DNA of 64,000 nucleotides from an uncultured Treponema sp. (GTDB lineage Bacteria > Spirochaetota > Spirochaetia > Treponematales > Treponemataceae): contig CAMJNC010000002.1 in NCBI GenBank assembly GCA_946407195.1, positions 5,658-69,657 on the forward strand, read 5' to 3'. Position numbers and translations under genes: made by a program. The notes beneath the pieces are model-generated. The model ran no database searches. It saw only the letters and a program-made list of their open reading frames with translations, and was not told the origin of the DNA. Within the stretch, counting starts at the first letter, position 1; each line of letters begins with the position of its first letter. Positions 8,624 through 20,400 of this stretch are shown one piece after another.

Positions 8624-11600
8624 CTATCTGTCAAAACCATAGTCTTCAATATCTTTCTTCTGCTTTGCGTTTTGAGTCTTCATTTCTGTTTTTTGTTCTT
8701 TACTCTGTTCTTTAGTATGTTTGAGCTCTTGTTTCTGACAGAAACCTATAAACTTATCAAGCGGCAGCTGATATTCTGTATTTTTTTCAGGGTCAATAAG
8801 AAGTACTGTATTTGTAGCTTTGTTTGCTCCGGCTATAGCCATTTCAGTTGCAGGCATGTTAAGAACACGGCCATTATGGTCTTTAGCCTTTAAGCTAATT
8901 TTGATTGAATCTCCGATTTTCTTACGAGAAATATCATCAAGTTCACCAAGAATCTTACCGTCTTCAAGGCTAGCTTTAGAAACAAGGCTTCCCTGGGACA
9001 TATCAGAAGAACTCTGAAGCTCATGACCTGCGTAACGCATCTGTTCCTGGCTTATCTGCATGTCTTTACGTACTTCGTAAAAACGGCGCAAAAGTTCTTC
9101 GTGGAAAGAAGTTCCGTGAACTTTTTCCCAGTCTTTTTCCATTTGATGCATTCGACTTTTTTCATGGAGAGTCATTTTAAGATAAATATTTTTTGCATGT
9201 TCCATTGCCTCTGTTTCATTATGTGCAACTTCATAACCTTCTGCTCCACGGCATGCAGCTTCAAAGTTATGAAAGTACTGAGCGCAGGTATTTGACCTTG
9301 TTTCTGTCTTTGAAATACCAAGTGAATTTTCATATTCATAAAGAGCTTTTATATGGCTTTCCTTGAAGCGAGGCTTGCTCCAAGCATCCATAAGTTCTTT
9401 ATTTCTGTTGATGGCAGCTTCATATGTAACAGGGTCTATTTTTAAGAACTCACGGACACCGCTTTCATTTACCTTTGTAAGAAGAATTGCAGAAACACAG
9501 CCGTTTTGAATTTCTTTCTGGGCAAAATGCCAGCCCGTCTGCTCCTGCATCTTGTATTCACCGGTTTCCGGATCTGGAAGACACATACCAAAGCGAGGAA
9601 CCGCTACGTCTGTTTTGTACGGGTCAGAAATAAATTCTGGTATTTTATCCATTTCTACATGTTTAATTAATTTCAGTTCTTCTTCTGACCACTGAGAGCC
9701 TTCATAAAGCTGAGGAAGTACATTTACAGACTGAGACTGTTCAGCTGTTTTGTCCTGCTGTGAAGATGACTGGCTCTGCCCTGTTACTTCCTGTTGAATG
9801 TCAGTACCAAGTATTTTATTGAGTTTTTGGAGTGATTCCTGGATAAGACCGACCCCCTTCTGTCTAACATCTTCAGGATGCGGAACACCGAACGCCATAC
9901 CGTTAACAAGACACCAGTTAGCAAGCTTTCCAACTTCAACATCATTATAATCAATTACTAATTTTGTAGGCTTGTTTTCAACAAATAACTGAGCCCTGTT
10001 GTCTGCTATAGGTGGAATCTGTTTAATTGCAGCTTCCTTGAAATGAAAGTTTTCCCGGAAAAAACTTTCGTATTCTTCTGGAGTCTGAAGCTGAGAAGCC
10101 ATAACGAGAAATTCTTTGTAAGACAGGTTGGGTTTATTTTCGGCTTGATGTTCAGGTTCTTTTCCTTCTGATTCAGAAACTATATGGTCAGGTTTCTCAA
10201 ATGAAGATTGTTCATAATCTTCTTTTTCTACTTCAGGAGTATATGTATAGCGAAGCTCTTCAGAAGATGCCGTTACGGCGCCTTCTGACTGAACAGGCTC
10301 TATAGGAGAAGCCTGTGAAGGCTCTGTTAAAGAAGGTTCTGATTCTGAAACAGATTTTTCACGGTTATTTATATATCTTTCAAGCTTTGAAAGCATGTCA
10401 TTACCAGGCTCATTGTTTACAAGAGGTGGAACAAGTGAATTGAGTTCTTTTTTCTGAGAAACTGTATAATCATCAGTAACACGATTGAAAAAATCAATGA
10501 ACTGTTCATTTTCAAGGCGAGGAGTTTCAGACAGGGATTTAATCAGATGATTTGAAAGGTTTTCGCCTGTAAGCTGCTGAACAGGTATGTTATTGAAATA
10601 GTCTACATGATAACTTCCATCTTCTTTGAGCACTTTATTGTGTTTATAATCATATTCCCATGCAGCTCCATTCTCAATAGCAATGTCTGTTTCAATTCTG
10701 TTCTGAAGAAGTTTTATTCCTTCTTCAATGTTATCGGTTTCAGCCATTTCAAGAATCATTTTATTTAATGTTTCTTTCTGTTCTTCTGAAAAATGTTCTT
10801 CAGAAACTTTTTCGACAAGATTGTAAAAATCATCATAGCTCATTTCCGGAGATTCCATTTCAGCTCTGATTTTATCAATGAATTCTTTACGCAGATGTGT
10901 GTCAGTCCAAAGTTGATTATTGTTTTGAATAGTCTGTTCGTTAACAGGTGATTTTCTATTCTCCTGGAGATTAGAAACAAGAGTATTATAAGAATCTTTT
11001 AATTCTGAAAGATAATAATAAAGTTCCTGTTCGCCTTCGTTATCAGATAAAGCAACAGAGACTAAATCAATGGAATCCGCATCAAAAATTATATTTTTAT
11101 CCTTGTATTCCTTGATTTTTTCATAAAGTCCATTACGTGCTGTTTCGCTGGAAACAGAAGGTGCAATGAAAGTATTAAAAAGCATATCAAAATCATCTGA
11201 GTTTTCTTTACCTGAGTTTTGGATAGCACTTCTGTTATAAACATAATCAATTAACCCTTTATAAGCTTCTTTTGAAGTTCCAGTATATCCTTCAAGTTCT
11301 TTTATAAAATCAGATGCGTTAATATTACTCATTTTTTTCTCCTGAGAATTTATTTTCTTAAGATTTGGTTCATCAATTGTATGAGAACTAATAATTTCTG
11401 GTGTGAGTTTTTCAAGGTTTGTACCGTATATTTTTTTTGCTACATCAAGTGTTGAAATACAGTCGCCGATTGAATTGTGTGCATCAATTTGAAGTCCATA
11501 ATAATCAGCTGCTGTTGTAAGTTTTTGATATTTATAGCCATTAAAAGCTTTCTTACCAGAATCAGAAAGTTCTCCATAAACTTCAGCAAAAGATTTAATT

Positions 11601-14600
11601 ACATCAAGATGTGGTTTATTTTCATCAATTTTAATTCCTGCATCTTCGAGGAAATTTACATCAAACCTGCCGTTATAAGAAACAAGAAGTTCAGCATTAT
11701 CAAATATTTTTTGAAGCTGCGGTACGTATTCTTTTACCGAAGGACAATCCTTAACCATCTTTGGAGAAATATGGTTTACTTTTTGAGAGAAAGGCCATTT
11801 ATCATTATGCTGTGGTTTAACATAATGATTGAAAACCTCTGTACCATTTCCGTTTACAACGGAGATCTGAAGCAGTTCATCACTTGGTGGTGCAAAGCCG
11901 GTTGTTTCTGTGTCAAATGAAAGTACATTTGTAAGTATAAGTTTCTGTTCATATAAAGAAAGTCTTTCGCTCAATGCGTCATCAGTATTAGACTGAAGTT
12001 CACTTCGTAGATGCTTTATATCTGCTTCAAGAGAAAGTTTTTCAATGTCAGCAGGTGAAAGTCCAGCCGGAATGTTGAGTTCAAGTCCTTCTGAAGTTTT
12101 AATGGTTCCCTCTTGCGAAAGTACTGTTTCCACAAGTTCTTTTTTATTAGATTTTTTTTCAACAAAAAATGGTTCATTAAATTTATTGACAGTATATTCA
12201 TTGATTTCTTTTTTAAGTTCTTCATGATTTTTGCGTAAATAATTTACAAGAACCTTATTTAAGTCAGTTCTGAAACCACGTTTGTTATCTGCATTTATAA
12301 AAGATTCAACGACAGATTTCTGTTCATCAGTGCCGGAACTTCTAATCTCTTCAAGTAATTCCGGATGATTATCACGAAGATATTTACCAACTATATTTAC
12401 TTTTGAAGTATAACTGTAATCATTAGTTCTTCGTTTTTGGAACTGTAAATTTTCTGAAATTGTATTTTGAATAATTTCATTAGAAGGAATCGAGATATTT
12501 TCCTCTCTTGCTAAATTCTCATTTATCTTTTTGAGTAAGGAATAATTCAAAGGAAGGTCAATATTTAAAATATTCTTGACACTTTTATGATAACGGGATA
12601 TGTTATATATATTAAAGCCAGGTACGTGCACGGTCTCTGCCAAATCCCCGTTGATTGAAGTAAGCTGCTGCAACTGGCTTTTTTTATCTTTATTAAAATA
12701 CAGAATATCTTCTGAAAATATTTGTTTATTTAAATTATATGCTGTAGCTAAAAGATTCCCCTGGTTTATAAAATTTGAATAAGTAATATTAAAACCGTCT
12801 TTTTTTGGTTTAATAAATAATTGTAATTTTGTTTGTTCAGAAGTTGGATTTCCATTCTTATCAATAACAGGTACGTCATAATCTATAACACTAATTATAC
12901 TTTCCGGAGAGTTTTTTGATTTTAATATAAGTATAACATTAGAAAAACTATCTGGAATGTTCTTAATATTTGATATTCCTAAATTATGATAATGTGTTCT
13001 TGATGTTTTTATAAAACCATCTTTATTTGTACAAGTATAAACATGGTCTGCTGACATAAAAAGTGGAATAGTATTATAACCAATTGGAAAATATACAGCA
13101 GGTGTAAAACCAAAACATACATAATCACTGTTTAATTCTTTGTAATTTTTTGCATTAACTATATTATCAACTTTATTATTAAATTTATTGCGGTCCCAAA
13201 CTTTTTCAACTTGTAATTCATAATTATCTATAATGTTATTTACCTGTAGTGAAAGATTTTTTCTTAATCTATCTTTAATATTTGGTTTTTCTGTTTGCTC
13301 GTAATTATTTTTTAATGAAATATATTTTTCAAATTGTTCAGGATATTCAATTGATAACCAATTGAGTATATCACTAGAAAGTGATAAACGATTCTTAACT
13401 TTAACGATTTTTCTTGCTTGAAACTGAAGATTTCTGTTTACATCTTCAGTACTCTGCAAAGTCTTGTGAAGACGTTCTGTTGCAGAATAGGCAATGCGGC
13501 GAGCAACGTTACGAGCTTCGATCTCGCCTACATTTTTTATATAGTCTGCAATTCCTTTGTTTACACTGTTTACGTCATAATCATAAAACTTTGTTCCGTT
13601 TTCCTTCATGGCCTTCATGGTTTCCATGTAAAGCATTTCAATGTCTTCATTCTCAAGCTGTGTTTTTCCTGTATATTCAACAGCCTGAATGATGTGCTGG
13701 ATTTCATGAGCCAGTATTCCCTTAAAACCTTTTTCACCGTTAACATCTTTGAGATAATGAGTGTTAATCATTATTCCGTCTGAACTGAGGCTTCCACGGT
13801 ATGTATCAAGTTCATCATAAAAATGAACCTTAACGTCCTGCATAAACGGAAAAATGCTGAAGAGCTCTGGTGCATCAAGAATGTTCTTAAGAGGTATTCC
13901 TTCTTTTATCTTTGTAAGGTTCTGTGCATCCTGATTCAGAAGCTTTTGTATTGCAGCTCCGTTTTTAATGTAACTTAAAGAGTCGTCTGTTTCATATTTC
14001 CAGTTTCCGTCATCAGCTTTTTCCCAGCCGGTTTCCATGCGGATTCTCGATGCTTTTGATTCATCAGAAATGTTGTCGATTTTTTCATCAAGAAGAACTG
14101 CAGCCTTGAGATTCTGTAGTATTCTGTTTTTTTCCATACTTGAAGCCATCTTCCGGATGCTCGACTCTCCTACTATCTGATACTGGAGATTTTCTTTATC
14201 AACATCTTTGTTCTCAGATGCTTCATTAATTATTGTCTTTTGTTTTTCTTCCTGAACGGCTTTTTCTGCCTGTGAGAGAATGTTGTCATCAAGGGCAACA
14301 AAGGCATTATAAACTTCTGCTATTTCATCTGATATTTCAATGTTTTCACTGATACCGTTATAAGTGCGGCTCATATAATCTGCAAACTTTTCAAAAATCT
14401 GTTTCTTATCTTCCGCAGCCATTTCACCGGCCTTGTGTTTAAGAAAGTCTTCAAAGCCATAGGCAAAAGCCTCACCGCAGGTGTCCTGAGTTCCATCTGC
14501 AAAAGTATATATGCTGTTACGCCAGTCACCGTTTTCAACTTGGAAAGCCTGTTCTGCATCTTCTTTAAGTTTTCCCGTAAGCTGAGCCTGCCAGATATGG

Positions 14601-16399
14601 GCTACTTCATGTACCCAGGTAGAAAAATCAGCTGACTTACTTGCATAAATAACGGCAGAAACATTTTCTCCAAAGCCACGAACATCTACAGCTCCGTGAA
14701 TTTCTTCTCCACTCTGATTCTGGCTATTTAAAATATTTACATCGCCGAAAATACCGTTCGGAAAAGTATTGGCAACATAATCAGAAAGTGACTTTCCAAG
14801 GGATTTTGCCCCTGCTTCAAGAATTGCAAGAGCCGCTGCCCTCTCGCTGTCCGAAAGGTTTGGCATGTGCACCTTTATTTCATGGGCAATAGAGATTCTG
14901 AAATCCTCTTCGCTGAAAAGAGGTGCCCTTGTACTTTCATCCTTTTCCTTAATGTCTGCCATATTATACTCCTTGGTATTTACCGATTCTTTTTCAAGAA
15001 AGCTGTTCAGATTATGTATGTTTCTAGTTTTTTGATATTGTATAGACGGTGAAATTTCATAAATAAAATCTGTAAGAGTAGCAAAGTCAATCTCTTCCCT
15101 ATTTTGAAAAACAGTGCCTTCAGTTTTGCCAGAGATTCTGAAACTATCTGTTTCCGGAATAAAAGATAATGAAAGGTCTATGGAATTAAGATACTCAAGG
15201 TAAGATTTTGCCTGGTTTTCATTAAGAGGCCAGAGCGAATGTTTTTTGCTGTATTTAACAAGAACATCTGTGTTTACCTTTACAGAAGCAGGTTCTTTAT
15301 CCATATGATTCATCTCTATACCCAGAGGATAATCTCTGCTGTCGTCTCGGATTTTCATGTGAGGATTATACATACCGTCAAAAAGACTTCTGTTGTAGAT
15401 TTTGAACAAAACTTTTTTTGAAGCCGGTTCAGTGCAAAGAATTCCGTCTATGATACCCGTCTTATATTCTTTTTCTCTTACAGGGTCTTTAATTGTTTTT
15501 TCAGCATAATTTGCACATAAAGCGTACTGTTCATATGTTGAAGGAAACATATAGCATCTGGTTGTTCCAGTTTCTGAACCGAGGCTGCGTAGTTTTTTAT
15601 CAAGATTGTCATAATCCAAAAAAGAAGATACATGAATGTATTCAAGATGCTCAATTACTCCGTATTCTTTCAAAAACCATACGGGAATGTAATCTTCTTT
15701 TGTATAAAAACCTGAATCATCATGGATGAGGCTTTCAATTTCTGCAAGTTTTTCAACGGTATCTTTTTCACCTACGGGAAGCCTGAAAGTTCTTCTTTCA
15801 GGATCCGAATTATGTACAATAAGAAGGCTCCCATTTCTTATGTCTTCATAATATTCATTAAAGCTGTGCAGAGTATTGTTGTAATGAATGGACCATGAAG
15901 GATATTTAGTGTCATAAAAACCATAAGTACCAGAGCCAGTATCAAGAATGATATGACCCAAAAAACGTTCTTTTTGAAGATTATCAGAAAAAAGGCTTTT
16001 AAACTTTTCGGTAAGTTTTACGTCTGGTTCACTTGGTTCTACAAAGCCGTTAGGATGGTTATGAAAGAAAATGATTTTTGAATTGGTGTTCTGGGCATAT
16101 TCCCTGATTTCATTTAATTCAGCAATACTTGGATAAGGGCGAGTAGAATTTGGAACGCCATTTGAAAAAGATAGATGACGAAGAATTGTTCCGTCTTTCT
16201 TTATAAAAAGATAACGTGAAGATTCGTAATCAGTATCACAGTAAACATTCATAAGTGAAGCGGCCTGTTCCCAGCCTTTTGCAGTCGGATGACCTTCTGA
16301 ATCTGTTTCAATTTTGTAGCCGGTTACAAGATATGACTTTGGTTTGTTGTGAGAATCTTTTTTTAATGTTGCAGCGGTGGTAAAAAAATATTCTGACAT
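8624..16399 (-). CDS. Giant polyvalent protein (2591 aa): JAB/RadC, zincin peptidase x2, LPD23-like, PBECR-like, DEDDh exonuclease
   Basis: FFHNHPNG-x3-PSEPD (JAB); VHEVAH; ETGWEKADDGNWKYE (LPD23-like); AHEIQHIIQ...GEIEAR; FDTETTG...YNGRFD...AHNSIGD (DEDDh). Ends DYGFDR. Confidence 0.85.
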   Translation of the reverse strand: MSEYFFTTAATLKKDSHNKPKSYLVTGYKIETDSEGHPTAKGWEQAASLMNVYCDTDYESSRYLFIKKDGTILRHLSFSNGVPNSTRPYPSIAELNEIREYAQNTNSKIIFFHNHPNGFVEPSEPDVKLTEKFKSLFSDNLQKERFLGHIILDTGSGTYGFYDTKYPSWSIHYNNTLHSFNEYYEDIRNGSLLIVHNSDPERRTFRLPVGEKDTVEKLAEIESLIHDDSGFYTKEDYIPVWFLKEYGVIEHLEYIHVSSFLDYDNLDKKLRSLGSETGTTRCYMFPSTYEQYALCANYAEKTIKDPVREKEYKTGIIDGILCTEPASKKVLFKIYNRSLFDGMYNPHMKIRDDSRDYPLGIEMNHMDKEPASVKVNTDVLVKYSKKHSLWPLNENQAKSYLEYLNSIDLSLSFIPETDSFRISGKTEGTVFQNREEIDFATLTDFIYEISPSIQYQKTRNIHNLNSFLEKESVNTKEYNMADIKEKDESTRAPLFSEEDFRISIAHEIKVHMPNLSDSERAAALAILEAGAKSLGKSLSDYVANTFPNGIFGDVNILNSQNQSGEEIHGAVDVRGFGENVSAVIYASKSADFSTWVHEVAHIWQAQLTGKLKEDAEQAFQVENGDWRNSIYTFADGTQDTCGEAFAYGFEDFLKHKAGEMAAEDKKQIFEKFADYMSRTYNGISENIEISDEIAEVYNAFVALDDNILSQAEKAVQEEKQKTIINEASENKDVDKENLQYQIVGESSIRKMASSMEKNRILQNLKAAVLLDEKIDNISDESKASRIRMETGWEKADDGNWKYETDDSLSYIKNGAAIQKLLNQDAQNLTKIKEGIPLKNILDAPELFSIFPFMQDVKVHFYDELDTYRGSLSSDGIMINTHYLKDVNGEKGFKGILAHEIQHIIQAVEYTGKTQLENEDIEMLYMETMKAMKENGTKFYDYDVNSVNKGIADYIKNVGEIEARNVARRIAYSATERLHKTLQSTEDVNRNLQFQARKIVKVKNRLSLSSDILNWLSIEYPEQFEKYISLKNNYEQTEKPNIKDRLRKNLSLQVNNIIDNYELQVEKVWDRNKFNNKVDNIVNAKNYKELNSDYVCFGFTPAVYFPIGYNTIPLFMSADHVYTCTNKDGFIKTSRTHYHNLGISNIKNIPDSFSNVILILKSKNSPESIISVIDYDVPVIDKNGNPTSEQTKLQLFIKPKKDGFNITYSNFINQGNLLATAYNLNKQIFSEDILYFNKDKKSQLQQLTSINGDLAETVHVPGFNIYNISRYHKSVKNILNIDLPLNYSLLKKINENLAREENISIPSNEIIQNTISENLQFQKRRTNDYSYTSKVNIVGKYLRDNHPELLEEIRSSGTDEQKSVVESFINADNKRGFRTDLNKVLVNYLRKNHEELKKEINEYTVNKFNEPFFVEKKSNKKELVETVLSQEGTIKTSEGLELNIPAGLSPADIEKLSLEADIKHLRSELQSNTDDALSERLSLYEQKLILTNVLSFDTETTGFAPPSDELLQISVVNGNGTEVFNHYVKPQHNDKWPFSQKVNHISPKMVKDCPSVKEYVPQLQKIFDNAELLVSYNGRFDVNFLEDAGIKIDENKPHLDVIKSFAEVYGELSDSGKKAFNGYKYQKLTTAADYYGLQIDAHNSIGDCISTLDVAKKIYGTNLEKLTPEIISSHTIDEPNLKKINSQEKKMSNINASDFIKELEGYTGTSKEAYKGLIDYVYNRSAIQNSGKENSDDFDMLFNTFIAPSVSSETARNGLYEKIKEYKDKNIIFDADSIDLVSVALSDNEGEQELYYYLSELKDSYNTLVSNLQENRKSPVNEQTIQNNNQLWTDTHLRKEFIDKIRAEMESPEMSYDDFYNLVEKVSEEHFSEEQKETLNKMILEMAETDNIEEGIKLLQNRIETDIAIENGAAWEYDYKHNKVLKEDGSYHVDYFNNIPVQQLTGENLSNHLIKSLSETPRLENEQFIDFFNRVTDDYTVSQKKELNSLVPPLVNNEPGNDMLSKLERYINNREKSVSESEPSLTEPSQASPIEPVQSEGAVTASSEELRYTYTPEVEKEDYEQSSFEKPDHIVSESEGKEPEHQAENKPNLSYKEFLVMASQLQTPEEYESFFRENFHFKEAAIKQIPPIADNRAQLFVENKPTKLVIDYNDVEVGKLANWCLVNGMAFGVPHPEDVRQKGVGLIQESLQKLNKILGTDIQQEVTGQSQSSSQQDKTAEQSQSVNVLPQLYEGSQWSEEELKLIKHVEMDKIPEFISDPYKTDVAVPRFGMCLPDPETGEYKMQEQTGWHFAQKEIQNGCVSAILLTKVNESGVREFLKIDPVTYEAAINRNKELMDAWSKPRFKESHIKALYEYENSLGISKTETRSNTCAQYFHNFEAACRGAEGYEVAHNETEAMEHAKNIYLKMTLHEKSRMHQMEKDWEKVHGTSFHEELLRRFYEVRKDMQISQEQMRYAGHELQSSSDMSQGSLVSKASLEDGKILGELDDISRKKIGDSIKISLKAKDHNGRVLNMPATEMAIAGANKATNTVLLIDPEKNTEYQLPLDKFIGFCQKQELKHTKEQSKEQKTEMKTQNAKQKKDIEDYGFDR

Positions 16400-17323
16400 T
16401 TATCGTTCCACCTCGTATTCAGCATCTTTTCTAATTGATAAGTTTGATTTATCTAAAAAAGACTTTAATTTTTTTTCATTAAGTGACATATTTTCAAAAT
16501 CACGTGTAACATTGTTTTTCTGAGTTTTTGTAAGACCTTTGAAAAGATGTTTCATAACAGATACAGAATCTTCTGAAAGCTCCGGATTTTCTTTTGTATA
16601 TGATTTAAAGGTTTTTAAGAAATCATTGATTCCATAATCTCTGTTAATTTCTAAATCTTTAATTTCTTCAAGAAGCTGGCTGCAGTAATACTTGGAAAAA
16701 TCACGGTCAAAAATAAATTTCTCGCTGTTATAAAAACTGTTTTGAGAAGAAAGAATGTTTCCTAATGTAGAGGCTTTATGATAATCCGACATATTTAGAG
16801 TAATGTTTTCTATTGAAAGTGGTATGTTTGCCTTACCCTCTTTCGCAAGTTCGTCATTTTTTTCAAGTAAATCCCTGTAGTTTTTTTTGTAGACAGCAAA
16901 AGTTAAAAGATTCAGTCTGTTTTCAGGGTCAAAGTCAGATTTATATTCAAAAAGATTGGGTATAGAATCAATAGATTCTTTGAACCGGTTAAGAAACAAG
17001 ATGTCTTTTTTTGTAATTTGTGAAAGGAGTTTTTTATCTGATTTATAATTCTCGTATGACTTTGGAGACTTAAAGAAAAAAGCTGCATCTTCTATTTTAT
17101 ATTCTGAAAGTTTATTGCAGAAAAATGAATTAGACTTGTAAAAAGAATCAAGAAGGTTTTGAAAAAGTTTTGGATTTGTATTAGACGTTAAAAACTGAGA
17201 CTGTAAGAACTGTTCAGTAATTTCTTTTGCCTGAAGATTCTCCTCTTTGGAAAACAGAGGATTCCTTCCGTTCATACCGTGAAAACTGATGTTTCTGTCT
17301 TTTTCAAAAACCTTTAATGTCAT
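16400..17323 (-). CDS. Hypothetical protein with C-terminal ...ER tail
   Basis: 307-aa ORF, AGGA RBS, ends AEYEVER; stop abuts next ATG. Confidence 0.8.
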   Translation of the reverse strand: MTLKVFEKDRNISFHGMNGRNPLFSKEENLQAKEITEQFLQSQFLTSNTNPKLFQNLLDSFYKSNSFFCNKLSEYKIEDAAFFFKSPKSYENYKSDKKLLSQITKKDILFLNRFKESIDSIPNLFEYKSDFDPENRLNLLTFAVYKKNYRDLLEKNDELAKEGKANIPLSIENITLNMSDYHKASTLGNILSSQNSFYNSEKFIFDRDFSKYYCSQLLEEIKDLEINRDYGINDFLKTFKSYTKENPELSEDSVSVMKHLFKGLTKTQKNNVTRDFENMSLNEKKLKSFLDKSNLSIRKDAEYEVER

Positions 17324-17391
17324 TATTCTTCCTGTGTTTTAATGCCGGTACGGCGAACCAATATATAGTTCAGATAAAGCTATCAAAAATA

Positions 17392-17446
17392 ATTATAGAT
17401 TAAAAAAATGCAGAAGTCAAATAGTAAAGAATAACAAATAGACACT
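17392..17446 (-). promoter_or_regulatory. sigma70-like promoter with upstream AGTGTC box
   Basis: AGTGTCTATTTGTTAT (17446-17431); TTGACT-N17-TATAAT (17420-17392). Confidence 0.7.
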
Positions 17447-17471
17447 GCAAGGCCGTAAAACGGCCTTGCAG
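17445..17471 (-). terminator. GC-rich hairpin downstream of the 2770-aa gene
   Basis: CTGCAAGGCCG-TAAAA-CGGCCTTGCAG, perfect 11-bp stem just after the stop codon; U-tract weak. Confidence 0.65.
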
Positions 17472-17476
17472 AAAGA

Positions 17477-20400
17477 TTATCGTTCAATAGTGTCTGAATC
17501 TTTCTCCAGAGAGCTGTGTTTCTTTTCAGGTTTTGGAATGGTATTGATTCCCTGTTTTTTTTCAACTTCCATTACCTTAATTTTTCCGGTAACTTCTGTA
17601 AAGAAACTGTTGAAATCTTCTCTGGTGTTCAGCTTCTTTTCTTCAAAAAACTTTGTAAGAAGTTCATAATCAGAAGGATTGTTTTTCTTCATGTCTTCAC
17701 TGATTACTTTGAGCACAAGCCAAGGATTGTTCTTGTAGTAAGGAAGTTTTTCGTTAAGGGAAGCAATAAACTTTTCCCCCTGAAGTTGAACAGCAGAAAG
17801 CTTAACTTCGCTGTCTATTAATTCATCACGGGATTTAGTTTTTGCATTTACTCCAAGTTCATCAGGAAGGATTCCTGATTTTACAGATTTGATGTAAAGA
17901 GGATTTTCTTTAAGCTGTTTGTCGCATTCTTCCTGAGCATCAACAGATTTGATATCTCCACTGACGATTTTTTCAGAAATACTGTCTATTATCTGCCAGC
18001 GCATTGAAGTAAGTTCTTCATTCAATTCCTGAGGAATGGAAAGTTCATCATCTTCAATTCCGTGGAACATTAATTCTTCAGAAAGTTCTATGGAAATTAC
18101 CCATTCCTTGAATTCTTTTTCTGTAGTAGCTCCGCTTTTTGAATAGTCCTCAGCATAGTCTGCTCGGTTAAGACCGAGATCAGACCAGGATTCTTCATAG
18201 TCTTTTCCCAGTTCTTCTTTTGAAAGTGACTGTTTGTGGTCCTGGGCTTTGAGGTTTTCAACCTGTTGTGCAGCTGTAATACCCAAAACATTGAGTTTTG
18301 TTTTTGTAGCATCATATTCTTCAGCTCTGATGTATGAATATGCTTCAAGAAATTCTTTTTTTGTAATCTTGTCAAAGTCATACATTTTGTCAATGTCATC
18401 TTCAAAAGTTTTCACACTCTCAGGATAAAACTCTGCAAGTCGTGTAAAAATAGCAGAAACAACTTCATTATCAGCATGTATTTTTTCATCCAGGTCAGCG
18501 GCTTTTGAAGTTAAATCCATTGTGTGCTGAATAAGAGAAAGATTTGTTACTCCGATAGATTCACCATTAAAAGAATCATAAGACAGGTCCATAATATGAA
18601 TAGAATAACCAGTGTCATTTACACTTTCATACCCTTTATTTGCATAGATAAGATAATCTTCGCTCTTATTATATTCAAGAATTATTTTGGCTTCTTCTTT
18701 TGTTATAAGAGGTTCATTTGTGTATCTCGCACATTTGTTCATGTAATCAGCAAGAAGTGCCGGGGCATCAAGAATTACATCAACTGCTGGTGTTATTTTC
18801 ATCGGCATTTCAAGAACTTTTGATGCAAGGCCTGAAAGAAGCTCACCGTAATAACGGTCTGCTTCATTTCTCTTTCCACAGAGCACTGCAATTTCCTTAA
18901 AACCATCAAAACCAATATCACTTGGAGCTTCCCAGGAATCCTGATCATGAGTTACAGACTCATATGCGATTGCATAAACATTTGCAGCAAAGTGTTTATC
19001 AGAGAAAATCTTTTCAAGCTGATTCTGAGGAATATGACTTAAAAGCCAGTGGCAGTTATCATAAAGATTTGCATCAGCAGCTGCAATGCGAATTGCTTCC
19101 TTAGGGGTTGCATCATGGTCAAGAAGATACTGCCAGAAGTCTTCGTGTTTATCCAATGTATCAAAAGAATCTTCCAGTGCACGGTTTAAATAGAACTGTT
19201 TGCGGTCTTCCATTGAATAAGGTTTTGTTCTCTGCCTCATTTCTTGTGTTTCACCAAGCTGTTCAAGAATCTTATCAAAATCATCATCATAACAGTGCTT
19301 TTCAAGATATTCGTTAAAGTGCTCTCTATTCATTGAACGCAGTTTATAGCCCTTAAGAAGCATAGCCGGGTCTGCAAGCTCCGTTGTTTCATTTATATTA
19401 TCATGAATGAAGATGTTTCCGGCTTTTGTCTTGTAAAGACCAAAGTCTGGATTTCTTTCATAAAAATCAAATATTTCAAGAGCCTGAGAATCATAAAGTA
19501 AAACTGCACCACCAAAGCGACAGAACTTTTGAATATCATTCCAGGATGGATAATCCATGTTTTCAGTTGAAAGTGCATCTCCCCCATTTTCAAGTTCTTC
19601 AAGCATTGCATTTCTTTCTTTCTCAATCTGCTGACTATTTATTTGATGATTTAACTCGTTATCAAGTTCTTCAAGGCTGCTGAAAAATACATCAAAGTCG
19701 TCCTGAGACCAGTTATCATTATAACCTCTGTCATTGTCTCTGTTGTTTATAGATTCAATTGCATTACCAATTAATTTTTCAATATCATGAATAGAATTAA
19801 TAGGTATTGGTAAATCATCTCCAGAGCCAGGTTCTGCTTCCCTGTCCATATAAAAAAGATTGTTTCCGTCATTTTCCTTGTAAATATCTATAGCCCAGTA
19901 TTTATCAAGCTCTGTAATAAGAAGCTCTGTAACCTTGTCTGGAATAATAAATCCCATTCGTTCTACAAAATGTGTTAAATCGTCTGTATGGCAAAGGCTA
20001 TGGGTATTATGCCAATCTTCAAGATTAGAAGTTACATTTTCTTTAACAGCATTGACAGATATGTTTTCATGGTTTATATTATTTTCAGGGGAACTGCTAT
20101 GTTCAGTCATAGGGTTCTCCAGAACAGGAGAATCAGCAATGGTTCTCCTGAATTCTTTTAAATGCTCAGCTGTAGGATTATCAAGTCGGATTGCATATCC
20201 GTCTTTGTCGAAACTATAAAGAACTGTTCTGTCGCCATCTTTTTCAAAATTCAAAAATACAAGACCTTCAAATACAGGATTATCAACATTCTTTTTTACT
20301 TCACGGATAGAAGAATAAATGTTGTTAATAACTTTATCTTCTGACGTTTCATTGAGAAGCGAAATGAAAACATTATCTGCCTGTTTTCTTGAATCTTTAT

